From assembly GCA_030652575.1 (NCBI GenBank), contig JAUSQI010000125.1:19240-51239 (forward strand): a DNA stretch of 32,000 nt. Direction: 5' to 3'. A program made the position numbers and the translations under genes. The stretch comes from Stagnimonas sp. GTDB taxonomy: Bacteria; Pseudomonadota; Gammaproteobacteria; Nevskiales; Nevskiaceae. Shown here piece after piece: positions 23,957-31,231 of the stretch (the stretch's first letter is position 1; each line of letters begins with the position of its first letter). The notes under the pieces were generated by a model. That model ran no database searches. It was not told the DNA's origin and saw only the letters and a list, made by a program, of their open reading frames with translations.

Positions 23957-24724
23957 TTACCCAGCAGCCAATACTTTCTGAGGCTCTGCGCTGTCCTCGG
24001 AAACAAGCCGTGTCAGCTCGACGATGCGTGTCAGCAGTTGAACCAGCAAACCGCCCGCTGCAAATGCCGACCACCCCAGCAGAACGAAGCCCCAATGGAT
24101 CGGCGCTGCAAAAAGCTCTTCCGCGTAGAAGAAGGTGTGCCCCCATTCGTTGAGGCCTAAGTTGGGCATGATCATGATCGGCCCAGCAACCAGCAGTGCA
24201 AAAGGCAATGACACCCGGTCGGCGAACTGCGGAAGCCGGGTTCGTGCGTATACGAACGCCGCAACGCCAGACATGATGAACATCGGGATCGCGAAGTAGA
24301 ACAGCACAATGTGGGTCGGTGTGAAATCGGTATCACGGACGGTCACTTGATGCCATGCCGCGTCGGCCTCCGTGAAGGGAGAGGCTGTTAGATAGGCGAT
24401 GCACGCGAACAGCAGAATCTGCGAGAGAAGCACGAAATAGCGGCGCAGCTCTTCCGCCGGCTCCAGCTTGTCCAAGTTGCGATCTCGTGTCACCAGAAGC
24501 CAACCGACAATGCCTGCACCAGCCAGCGCCAGCACCGGCAACTGGATATACAAAAGCCTCATCCAGTACTGCTGAAACTCGGGCGAGAAATAGTCAAGCC
24601 CAACGGTAAAGGCTGTTGCATGCTGATAGACGCGATAGGCCGAAAAAATGATCGCAACCAACGAAAGCAACAGAAAAAAACGCGCCCAAGGTGTCTTGGG
24701 GGAACTATATGCGGCTGTCTTCAT
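23957..24724 (-). CDS. pmoC: copper membrane monooxygenase subunit C (PmoC/AmoC family)
   Basis: ATG at 24724 (GAGGAG RBS 8 nt upstream) gives 255 aa. GLDYFSPEFQQYWM, EADAAWHQVTVRDTDFTPTH and NLGLNEWGHTFFYAEELFAAPIHWG are present. Equivalents of the CuC (D, H, H) and CuD (N, H, H) ligand triads are all present. Confidence 0.93.
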   Translation of the reverse strand: MKTAAYSSPKTPWARFFLLLSLVAIIFSAYRVYQHATAFTVGLDYFSPEFQQYWMRLLYIQLPVLALAGAGIVGWLLVTRDRNLDKLEPAEELRRYFVLLSQILLFACIAYLTASPFTEADAAWHQVTVRDTDFTPTHIVLFYFAIPMFIMSGVAAFVYARTRLPQFADRVSLPFALLVAGPIMIMPNLGLNEWGHTFFYAEELFAAPIHWGFVLLGWSAFAAGGLLVQLLTRIVELTRLVSEDSAEPQKVLAAG

Positions 24725-24784
24725 GGTGTTTTCTCCTCTCAAGTATTACTGCCTTTCCGCGCGGACTTGGCGAAGGCATGGCAG

Positions 24785-24813
24785 ACGGTAGTCACACATC
24801 CGCTCATTGTCAA
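24785..24813 (-). promoter_or_regulatory. candidate sigma70 promoter for pmoC (-35 TTGACA, 17-nt spacer, -10 TACCGT)
   Basis: Perfect -35 hexamer on the minus strand (24808-24813) but a weak -10 (24785-24790). About 60 nt upstream of the pmoC ATG. Sequence inspection only. Confidence 0.3.
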
Positions 24814-24844
24814 TAGTGGAGATATGCACTCTGCATTATTGCAT

Positions 24845-24874
24845 TTGACAGCACGTTCCTCCTTTTCGCATAGT
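24845..24874 (+). promoter_or_regulatory. candidate sigma70 promoter for the acyl-CoA synthetase/aldehyde dehydrogenase operon (-35 TTGACA, 18-nt spacer, -10 CATAGT)
   Basis: Perfect -35 at 24845-24850 and a -10-like CATAGT at 24869-24874, back to back with the pmoC candidate promoter. Sequence inspection only. Confidence 0.35.
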
Positions 24875-25022
24875 GCGTATTGTCGCTATTTGCTTTATGG
24901 GTCGACGCTCAGTGGTCTACATCGTCGTCAGTTAAGCGGACCGTGCAAGTCGATCCACACAAGAAAAATCAAAGAAGAGCGCATTGATCTGCATTTCAAC
25001 AGCTAGATGAGGAGGTGCCCCA

Positions 25023-26741
25023 ATGAATGTCGGCAATCCATTTCCATGGACCAAGTTTTCGCCCCCCGCCTACGACCTCGATGTCGTTCAGAGTCTTGCG
25101 CAGCAGATCGAATTGCACGCACGCACGCGCGGCGACCAGCCCGCAGCCGAATACCTCAGCAGCACGCTGACATACCGGCAACTAGATTGCCTTGGAAATC
25201 GGCTTGCACGTCACTTGATGGCACGCGGCCTCACGAGTGGCGAAGTGATTGCGATACACCTGCCAAATGTCCCCCAGTACCTGATCGGCCTAGTCGCTGC
25301 CTCCAAGTTGGGATGTCCCGTTACGGGAGTCTCGCCGCTGCTCACAGCTCCTGAACTCGTCCATCAGATGGCAGATTCTGGCGCCAGAGCGCTACTCACC
25401 CTCGATTCGCTCTATCGCCAAGCGGTGATGCCCGTTGCCGAGCAACTTGGCGGGCTTCGCTGTGCAGTCGTTACGGGGCCGATCGACTTCCTCCCGGCTC
25501 TGAAGCGAACACTGGCGTACGGACTAAAGAAGTTGCCTCGTGTGGAATGGAAGGCGATCCCAGGGCGAGCCACCGACCCATGGCTGGACGCAATGAAACG
25601 GCGTAACGATTCGAATGTGAGTTCACCGATTTCAGCAAATGACACGGTACTCATTCAATACACCGGAGGAACCACTGGGAAGCCGAAGGGCGCGGAACTG
25701 AGCTTGAGCAACCTCAGTGCGAATGCCGCGCAAGCCTCGTGTTTTCTTGGGTACCAGCCGACCGATACCGTGGCTTCAGCGTTTCCGCTCTTCCACCTCG
25801 CCGGGCTTGCCATTTCATTGATGTCGCTACGAAGCGGTGCGAGGCAATTGCTGATCCCTAATCCGAGAGACATTGGTCACTTCGTCGCCCAGATGCAGAA
25901 GTTTCCGCCGACCATGATGGGAAATGTGCCGTCGATGTATCAGATGCTGATGGATCATCCGGATTTCACTCGCATTGATTTCACCAATCTAAGACTCGCA
26001 TTCTCTGGTGCCGCCCCTTTCGCGGTCGAGGCCATTCACAAGCTGGAAACGTTCGTCGGCAAGAACAAGCTCTGCGAGGTCTACGGCATGACCGAGGCCA
26101 GTCCGTTGATGACCATCAACCCTCCCGCTCGCGCCAAGCCGGGGACGGTTGGCATCCCGGTCCCAGGATGCAATCTCAAGATCATGGATGTCGAAACCGG
26201 CCAGATCGAAATGCCTACTGGCGAGCCCGGCGAGATCACGCTCTGCGGCCCTCAGGTGATGAAGGGCTATCGCAATGCCCGGGAAGCCACTGCCAAGACC
26301 GTACGAACACGCGATGGCGAACGATGGCTCTACTCCGGTGATGTCGGCTACCTCGATGAGGAGGGTTACCTCACCATTTCGGATCGCGCCAAGGACATGT
26401 TGATCGTCGGCGGCTTCAAGGTGTTTTCAGTTGAGGTCGAGGGCAAGCTCAAGGAATTGTCCTTCATCGAACACGCCGCGTTGATCGGTGTGCCTGATCC
26501 GGTCAAGCCTGGCAACGAGACAGTACACCTTTTCGTGCAACGGTCCCAAGCGCATCTGGCTGACGATGTCGCAGCGCTACAGCAGAAAATACTGGAGTTC
26601 TGCCGCGCCAACATGGCGCCGTACAAGATTCCAAAGCGAATCCACTTCATCGCAGCCATGCCGCTGACTGCGGTCGGCAAGCTCGACAAGAAGCTGCTCC
26701 GCAGCCAGCTAATGACCGAAATTCAGGAGAACGCCGCATGA
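25023..26741 (+). CDS. AMP-dependent acyl-CoA synthetase (FadD-like fatty-acid--CoA ligase)
   Basis: 572 aa with the AMP-binding signature IQYTGGTTGKPKGA, YGMTEASP, SGDVGYLDEEGYLTISDRAKD and a C-terminal GKLDKK. GAGGAGG RBS. Confidence 0.9.
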   Translation: MNVGNPFPWTKFSPPAYDLDVVQSLAQQIELHARTRGDQPAAEYLSSTLTYRQLDCLGNRLARHLMARGLTSGEVIAIHLPNVPQYLIGLVAASKLGCPVTGVSPLLTAPELVHQMADSGARALLTLDSLYRQAVMPVAEQLGGLRCAVVTGPIDFLPALKRTLAYGLKKLPRVEWKAIPGRATDPWLDAMKRRNDSNVSSPISANDTVLIQYTGGTTGKPKGAELSLSNLSANAAQASCFLGYQPTDTVASAFPLFHLAGLAISLMSLRSGARQLLIPNPRDIGHFVAQMQKFPPTMMGNVPSMYQMLMDHPDFTRIDFTNLRLAFSGAAPFAVEAIHKLETFVGKNKLCEVYGMTEASPLMTINPPARAKPGTVGIPVPGCNLKIMDVETGQIEMPTGEPGEITLCGPQVMKGYRNAREATAKTVRTRDGERWLYSGDVGYLDEEGYLTISDRAKDMLIVGGFKVFSVEVEGKLKELSFIEHAALIGVPDPVKPGNETVHLFVQRSQAHLADDVAALQQKILEFCRANMAPYKIPKRIHFIAAMPLTAVGKLDKKLLRSQLMTEIQENAA

Positions 26742-28195
26742 ATGCACCACTGCGCAGCGAGGCCGTTCCGATGCAGATGATCGAGGCCACCAAGCCAGCG
26801 ATTTCGGACATGTTTGCAAGTCAGCGCAACACGGCGCTGCGTTGGCGCACATCAGCGGCCGCCGAACGCATCGAACGCATTCGTCGTCTGCGAGATGCCG
26901 TGCAGAAAGCCGCGCCCGCAATCCGGCTCGCCGCCGCTGCGGATTTTAGGAAGCCTGAAGCAGAAGTTGATTTGACCGAGCTTTTCACGGTGGTGGCAGA
27001 GGCGAACATGGCCATCCGCCGCTTGAAGCGATGGATGAAACCGCAGAAAGTGTCTACCAGCCTGCTCATGCTGGGCACACAAGGCCGGGTGGAATATCAG
27101 CCACGCGGCCGCTGCCTGATTGTGTCGCCTTGGAACTACCCGGTGAACCTCAGCTTTTGCCCGCTCATCCTCGCACTGGCCGCAGGCAACACAGCCATCA
27201 TCAAACCATCGGAGCTGACACCGCATCTCGCGGCAGTGATGCAGGGGATCATCGACGAAACTTTCCCCGCCGACGAAGTGGCGCTGATTCAGGGTGATGC
27301 CGAGGTGGCCAAAGTGCTGCTATCCCTCCCTTTCGATCACATTTTTTTTACCGGCTCGCCGGCGCTTGGTAAGCAGGTCATGGCCGCTGCTGCGCGCAAT
27401 CTCACCAGCGTCACGCTGGAACTGGGAGGCAAGAGCCCCACAGTGGTCGATGCCAGCGCCGATCTCGTGGCGGCCGTCAACAACATCTGTTGGTCGAAGT
27501 TCATGAACAATGGACAGACCTGCGTCGCGCCCGATCACGTCTTCGTACATGAGTCGATAGCCGACGCTTTTGTGGAAGGCATGCGCGCCAGGATCACCGC
27601 CGTCTACGGCAGCGACGCATCCGCCCGCTTCAACTCCCCTGATCTCGCACGCATCGTCAACGCTCGCCATACCGCCAGAGTGCGGCATCTGCTGGATGAC
27701 GCAAGCGCACGAGGCGCACAAATCGTGGTGGGAGGCGAGGTTGTTGAAGAGAGTTGCTTCATCTCACCAACCGTGCTCGATCGAGTGCCCGTGGATGCCG
27801 CGATCATGCGTGAAGAAATCTTCGGGCCCCTGCTGCCGGTGATCCGGTTCAGCGAGCTGGACGAAGTGATCGAACGCATCAATGCGGATGAAAAGCCCTT
27901 GGCTCTTTATCTCTGGGGACGCGACCGTCAGCGCATCCGCACCCTTCTTGATCGCACTTCTTCCGGCGGTGCCTGTGTGAACAACACAGTCGTGCAGGTC
28001 TTGCATCCCAATCTTCCGTTCGGCGGCGTCAATCATTCTGGATTGGGCAGCACGCATGGCGAGTTTGGGTTCCGCGCATTTTCCCATCCTCGTGCAATCG
28101 CGGATACCCGCATCGCATTGGTCAGCTTGTTCTACGCGCCCTATACCGCGCGTGTTCGAGCTCTCATCCGTCTGGTCCTCCGCTGGATGGCCTGA
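26738..28195 (+). CDS. NAD(P)+-dependent aldehyde dehydrogenase (class-3 / coniferyl- or fatty-aldehyde dehydrogenase-like)
   Basis: 485 aa. It has ELGGKSP (catalytic Glu), GQTCVAPD (catalytic Cys), EEIFGPLLP and PFGGVNHSGLG. ATGA start/stop overlap with the synthetase gene. Confidence 0.9.
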   Translation: MNAPLRSEAVPMQMIEATKPAISDMFASQRNTALRWRTSAAAERIERIRRLRDAVQKAAPAIRLAAAADFRKPEAEVDLTELFTVVAEANMAIRRLKRWMKPQKVSTSLLMLGTQGRVEYQPRGRCLIVSPWNYPVNLSFCPLILALAAGNTAIIKPSELTPHLAAVMQGIIDETFPADEVALIQGDAEVAKVLLSLPFDHIFFTGSPALGKQVMAAAARNLTSVTLELGGKSPTVVDASADLVAAVNNICWSKFMNNGQTCVAPDHVFVHESIADAFVEGMRARITAVYGSDASARFNSPDLARIVNARHTARVRHLLDDASARGAQIVVGGEVVEESCFISPTVLDRVPVDAAIMREEIFGPLLPVIRFSELDEVIERINADEKPLALYLWGRDRQRIRTLLDRTSSGGACVNNTVVQVLHPNLPFGGVNHSGLGSTHGEFGFRAFSHPRAIADTRIALVSLFYAPYTARVRALIRLVLRWMA

Positions 28196-28201
28196 AGCAC
28201 T

Positions 28202-28228
28202 GAGCGGGCTCTCCTCCCCCGCTCTTTT
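28202..28228 (+). terminator. intrinsic terminator candidate 1 (GAGCGGG-9 nt loop-CCCGCTC + TTTT)
   Basis: 7-bp GC-rich stem (28202-28208 / 28218-28224) followed by T4, 7 nt after the aldehyde dehydrogenase stop. Confidence 0.55.
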
Positions 28229-28229
28229 G

Positions 28230-28259
28230 GCGTCGGCATTACTGCCGACGCTGTTTTTT
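28230..28259 (+). terminator. intrinsic terminator 2 (GCGTCGGCA-TTAC-TGCCGACGC + TGTTTTTT)
   Basis: Perfect 9-bp stem (28230-28238 / 28243-28251) with a 4-nt loop and a run of six T. Confidence 0.8.
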
Positions 28260-28297
28260 GATTTGCAGTTCTCATCGACTTGAAAGGAGACACAACC

Positions 28298-29476
28298 TTG
28301 ATCCGTCATACCGTCGTCAGTGGTGTCGGCATGGTGCCGTTTGCAAAGCCTGGCAGTTCCGCACCCTATTTCGAGATGGGTGCCGATGCCGTGCGCCGCG
28401 CGCTGGCCGACGCGGGCGTCGACTACCGTAAGGTGCAGCAGGCCTATGTGGGCTACGTATATGGCGACTCCACCTGCGGACAGCGCGCGCTTTACCCGGT
28501 AGGCATGACCGGCATCCCGATCATCAATGTCAACAACAACTGCTCGACCGGCTCGACGGCACTCTTTCTTGCCCGGCAGGCGGTCGAGAGCGGTGCCGCC
28601 GAATGTGTATTGGCGCTCGGTTTCGAGCAGATGAAACCCGGCGCGCTGGGTAGCTACTTCAACGACAGGCCCACGCCGTTCGAGCCCTTCGACCAGGTCT
28701 GTGACGAGCTGGTAGGCCAGACGGAAATCCCGATGGCAATCCGTTACTTCGGTGGCGCCGGCATGGCGCACATGGAGAAATACGGCACCAAGGCCGAGAC
28801 CTTCGCCAAGATTCGCGCCAAGGCCAGCCGTCACGCGGCGAACAACCCGGTGGCCCTGTTCCGCAAGGAAGTCAGTGTCGAGGAAGTGATGGCCTCACCC
28901 GTGCTGATGGGGCCTTTGACGCGACTAATGGCCTGTCCGCCAACCTGCGGCGCGGCGGCGGCCATCATTTGTTCCGAGGCGTTCGCGAAGGCCAACGGTC
29001 TCGATCACCGCGTGAAGATTGCCGCGCAGGCGATGACCACCGACACGCCCAGCACCTTCGAGGCACGCAACATGATGCAGCTAGTCGGCAGCGATATGGC
29101 CCGCGCGGCGGGTGATCTGGTCTATGCCGCTGCTGGCATCGGCCCGGAGGACGTGGATGTGGTGGAGTTGCACGACTGCTTTGCCACCAACGAGCTGCTC
29201 AGCTACGAGGCGCTGCGGCTGGCCCCTGAGGGTGGCGGTGAGAAGATGGTGGCAGACGGTGACAACACCTACGGAGGACGGGTGGTGACCAACCCGTCGG
29301 GTGGACTGCTTTCCAAGGGCCATCCGCTGGGTGCCACAGGGCTTGCCCAATGCACCGAGCTGGTTCAGCAGCTACGTGGTCAGGCCGATGCCCGGCAGGT
29401 CGCGGGCGCGAGGATTGCCTTGCAACACAATTTGGGTCTCGGCGGTGCCTGTGTCGTCACGCTGTATCAGGTCTGA
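28298..29476 (+). CDS. SCP-x / nonspecific lipid-transfer-type thiolase (3-ketoacyl-CoA thiolase, SCP2-thiolase class)
   Basis: NVNNNCSTGSTALFLA (nucleophilic Cys retained), GGLLSKGHPLGATGLAQ and HNLGLGGACVV. TTG at 28298 (AGGAGA RBS 7 nt upstream) is preferred over the track's TTG at 28280. Confidence 0.85.
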   Translation: MIRHTVVSGVGMVPFAKPGSSAPYFEMGADAVRRALADAGVDYRKVQQAYVGYVYGDSTCGQRALYPVGMTGIPIINVNNNCSTGSTALFLARQAVESGAAECVLALGFEQMKPGALGSYFNDRPTPFEPFDQVCDELVGQTEIPMAIRYFGGAGMAHMEKYGTKAETFAKIRAKASRHAANNPVALFRKEVSVEEVMASPVLMGPLTRLMACPPTCGAAAAIICSEAFAKANGLDHRVKIAAQAMTTDTPSTFEARNMMQLVGSDMARAAGDLVYAAAGIGPEDVDVVELHDCFATNELLSYEALRLAPEGGGEKMVADGDNTYGGRVVTNPSGGLLSKGHPLGATGLAQCTELVQQLRGQADARQVAGARIALQHNLGLGGACVVTLYQV

Positions 29477-29488
29477 GGCGCAGCCCCC

Positions 29489-29947
29489 ATGATCAATACT
29501 AAGCACATCGGGCGTGAGCTGCCGCCGGTAACCTTTGAGGTGGAAAAAGGCCGCCTGCGCTTCTTCGGCAAGGCCACGGGCGAGACGCGTCCGGAGTATC
29601 TCGACGAGACTGCTGCGCTGGACGCCGGGCATCCCTCCATTCCCGCGCCACCGACCTTTGTCTTCGCCGCTGAACTCGATGCCGGCACGCTGTTTTCGCT
29701 GCTGGAGGAATTGCAGGTGCCACTGGGTCACATCCTGCATGGCGAGCAGCAGTTCACCTACCACGCCCCCGTGCATGCCGGTGATGTGCTGACAGTGCAG
29801 TCCACCATCGCGGACATCTACGCCAAGAAGAACGGCGAACTGGAGTTCGTCATCAAGGACTCCAGCGTCCGCAATCAGCATGGCCACCAAGTGCTTGAAG
29901 CGCGTAGCGTGATTGTTGTCCGCAACCCTGGCGAGAAATCCGTATGA
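29489..29947 (+). CDS. MaoC-family dehydratase, N-terminal-type hot-dog subunit (non-catalytic partner of a split R-hydratase)
   Basis: 152 aa. Its layout ...FFGKATGE....Y.D......AG...IPAPPTF......HGEQQFTYH.P...GD.L resembles FAS1-like or MaoC N-terminal dehydratase domains. The stop overlaps the next start. Confidence 0.75.
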   Translation: MINTKHIGRELPPVTFEVEKGRLRFFGKATGETRPEYLDETAALDAGHPSIPAPPTFVFAAELDAGTLFSLLEELQVPLGHILHGEQQFTYHAPVHAGDVLTVQSTIADIYAKKNGELEFVIKDSSVRNQHGHQVLEARSVIVVRNPGEKSV

Positions 29948-30363
29948 GTATTCCCAGTTGGGACACTGTGAGCGTCGGCGACGCGCTGCCGACGTTGGCA
30001 TTGCCGGCTATCAGTCGCACGACGCTGGCGCTGTTCGCTGGCGCTTCGGGCGACCACAATCCGATTCACATCGACAGCGATTTCGCCAGGGCTGCCGGGA
30101 TGGAGGACGTCTTTGCGCAGGGCATGTTGCCGATGGCATACCTCGCTCGCCTGCTCACCACCTGGGCACCTCAATGGCAGCTACGACAGTTCCACGTTCG
30201 CTTCTCCTCGATGACTGCGGTCGGCACCAAGCTCGTTTGCAGCGGCATGGTCACCGAGAAGTTGGAGCGAGACGGCGAGCGGCTGGCAAAACTGCAACTT
30301 GCAGTCTGCGACGAACAGGGTGTGGCCAAAATCAAAGGCGAGGCGCTGGTCGCACTCACTTGA
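29944..30363 (+). CDS. MaoC-like (R)-specific enoyl-CoA hydratase, catalytic hot-dog subunit
   Basis: 139 aa with the hydratase-2 motif LFAGASGDHNPIHIDSDFA followed by FAQGML. Confidence 0.85.
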   Translation: MSIPSWDTVSVGDALPTLALPAISRTTLALFAGASGDHNPIHIDSDFARAAGMEDVFAQGMLPMAYLARLLTTWAPQWQLRQFHVRFSSMTAVGTKLVCSGMVTEKLERDGERLAKLQLAVCDEQGVAKIKGEALVALT

Positions 30364-30397
30364 CATCCCACCTAAAAAATACTTCAGGAGATTCCGC

Positions 30398-31222
30398 ATG
30401 AAATTGGCAGGCAAGGTGGCACTGGTCACTGGATCGGGACGCGGCATTGGCCGGGAAATTGCGCTCAAGCTGGCCGCAGAAGGGGCGGCGGTGGTCGTCA
30501 ACGATCTCGACGCAGCGCCGGCAGAAGAAACCATCGAGGCAATCAAGGCGCTTGGCGGCACCGCCGTCGCCTGCATCGGCAGCGTCACCGAAAGCGGCTT
30601 TGCCGAGCGTTTTGTCGGCACTGCCATCGAGCAATTGGGCGGCCTCGACATCATCGTCAACAATGCCGGCTACACCTGGGATAACGTCATCCACAAGATG
30701 AGCGATGAACAGTGGCACGCGATCATGAACGTGCATGTCACTGCGCCCTTCCAGATTCTGCGGGCCGCCTCCGAGTTCCTGCGGGTGCAATCCAAGAAGG
30801 AGGCCATGGAGGGGCGCGAAGTATTCCGCAAGGTGGTCAACATCTCTTCCATCGCCGGCACTGGCGGTAACGCCGGGCAGGCCAATTATTCGGCGGGCAA
30901 GGCGGCGATCATCGGGCTGACCAAGGCGATGTCGAAGGAATGGGGACGCTACAAGGTCAACGTCAACTGCGTGGCCTTTGGCCTCATCAAGACACGCCTG
31001 ACCGAAGCCACCGCAGATGGCAGCGCCGCGATTGATGTCGAAGGCCGCAGCATCAAGGTCGGCGTCAATCCTGATCTGATGAAGATGATGGAGGCGAATG
31101 TGCCACTGGGTCGTGCCGGCACCCCCGCTGAGGCAGCTGGAGCCGTCTATCTCTTCTGCCTGCCAGAGTCGAATTACGTCAGCGGCCAAGTCATCGTCTG
31201 CGGCGGCGGCTTCTCGATGTAG
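30398..31222 (+). CDS. short-chain dehydrogenase/reductase (FabG / 3-hydroxyacyl-CoA dehydrogenase-like)
   Basis: ATG at 30398 (CAGGAG RBS). It has TGSGRGIGREIA (TGxxxGxG), NNAG and a YSAGK catalytic Tyr-x3-Lys. The track's longer ORF overlaps the upstream gene. Confidence 0.9.
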   Translation: MKLAGKVALVTGSGRGIGREIALKLAAEGAAVVVNDLDAAPAEETIEAIKALGGTAVACIGSVTESGFAERFVGTAIEQLGGLDIIVNNAGYTWDNVIHKMSDEQWHAIMNVHVTAPFQILRAASEFLRVQSKKEAMEGREVFRKVVNISSIAGTGGNAGQANYSAGKAAIIGLTKAMSKEWGRYKVNVNCVAFGLIKTRLTEATADGSAAIDVEGRSIKVGVNPDLMKMMEANVPLGRAGTPAEAAGAVYLFCLPESNYVSGQVIVCGGGFSM

Positions 31223-31231
31223 GCCCGGCTC

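Noticed and set aside
21731-24724. Calling the operon a methane monooxygenase (pMMO), an ammonia monooxygenase, or a pxmABC-type operon.
   Set aside because: - The gene order is C-A-B, not A-B-C.
- No methanol, formaldehyde or hydroxylamine oxidation genes are in the window.
- The genomic context is lipid and hydrocarbon catabolism.
- Substrate cannot be inferred from sequence inspection alone.
24821-24846. Possible sigma54 promoter (TGCAC...TTGCA) upstream of pmoC or the synthetase gene.
   Set aside because: There is no GG dinucleotide in the -24 element. The spacing between the TGCAC and TTGCA elements does not fit the GG-N10-GC geometry.
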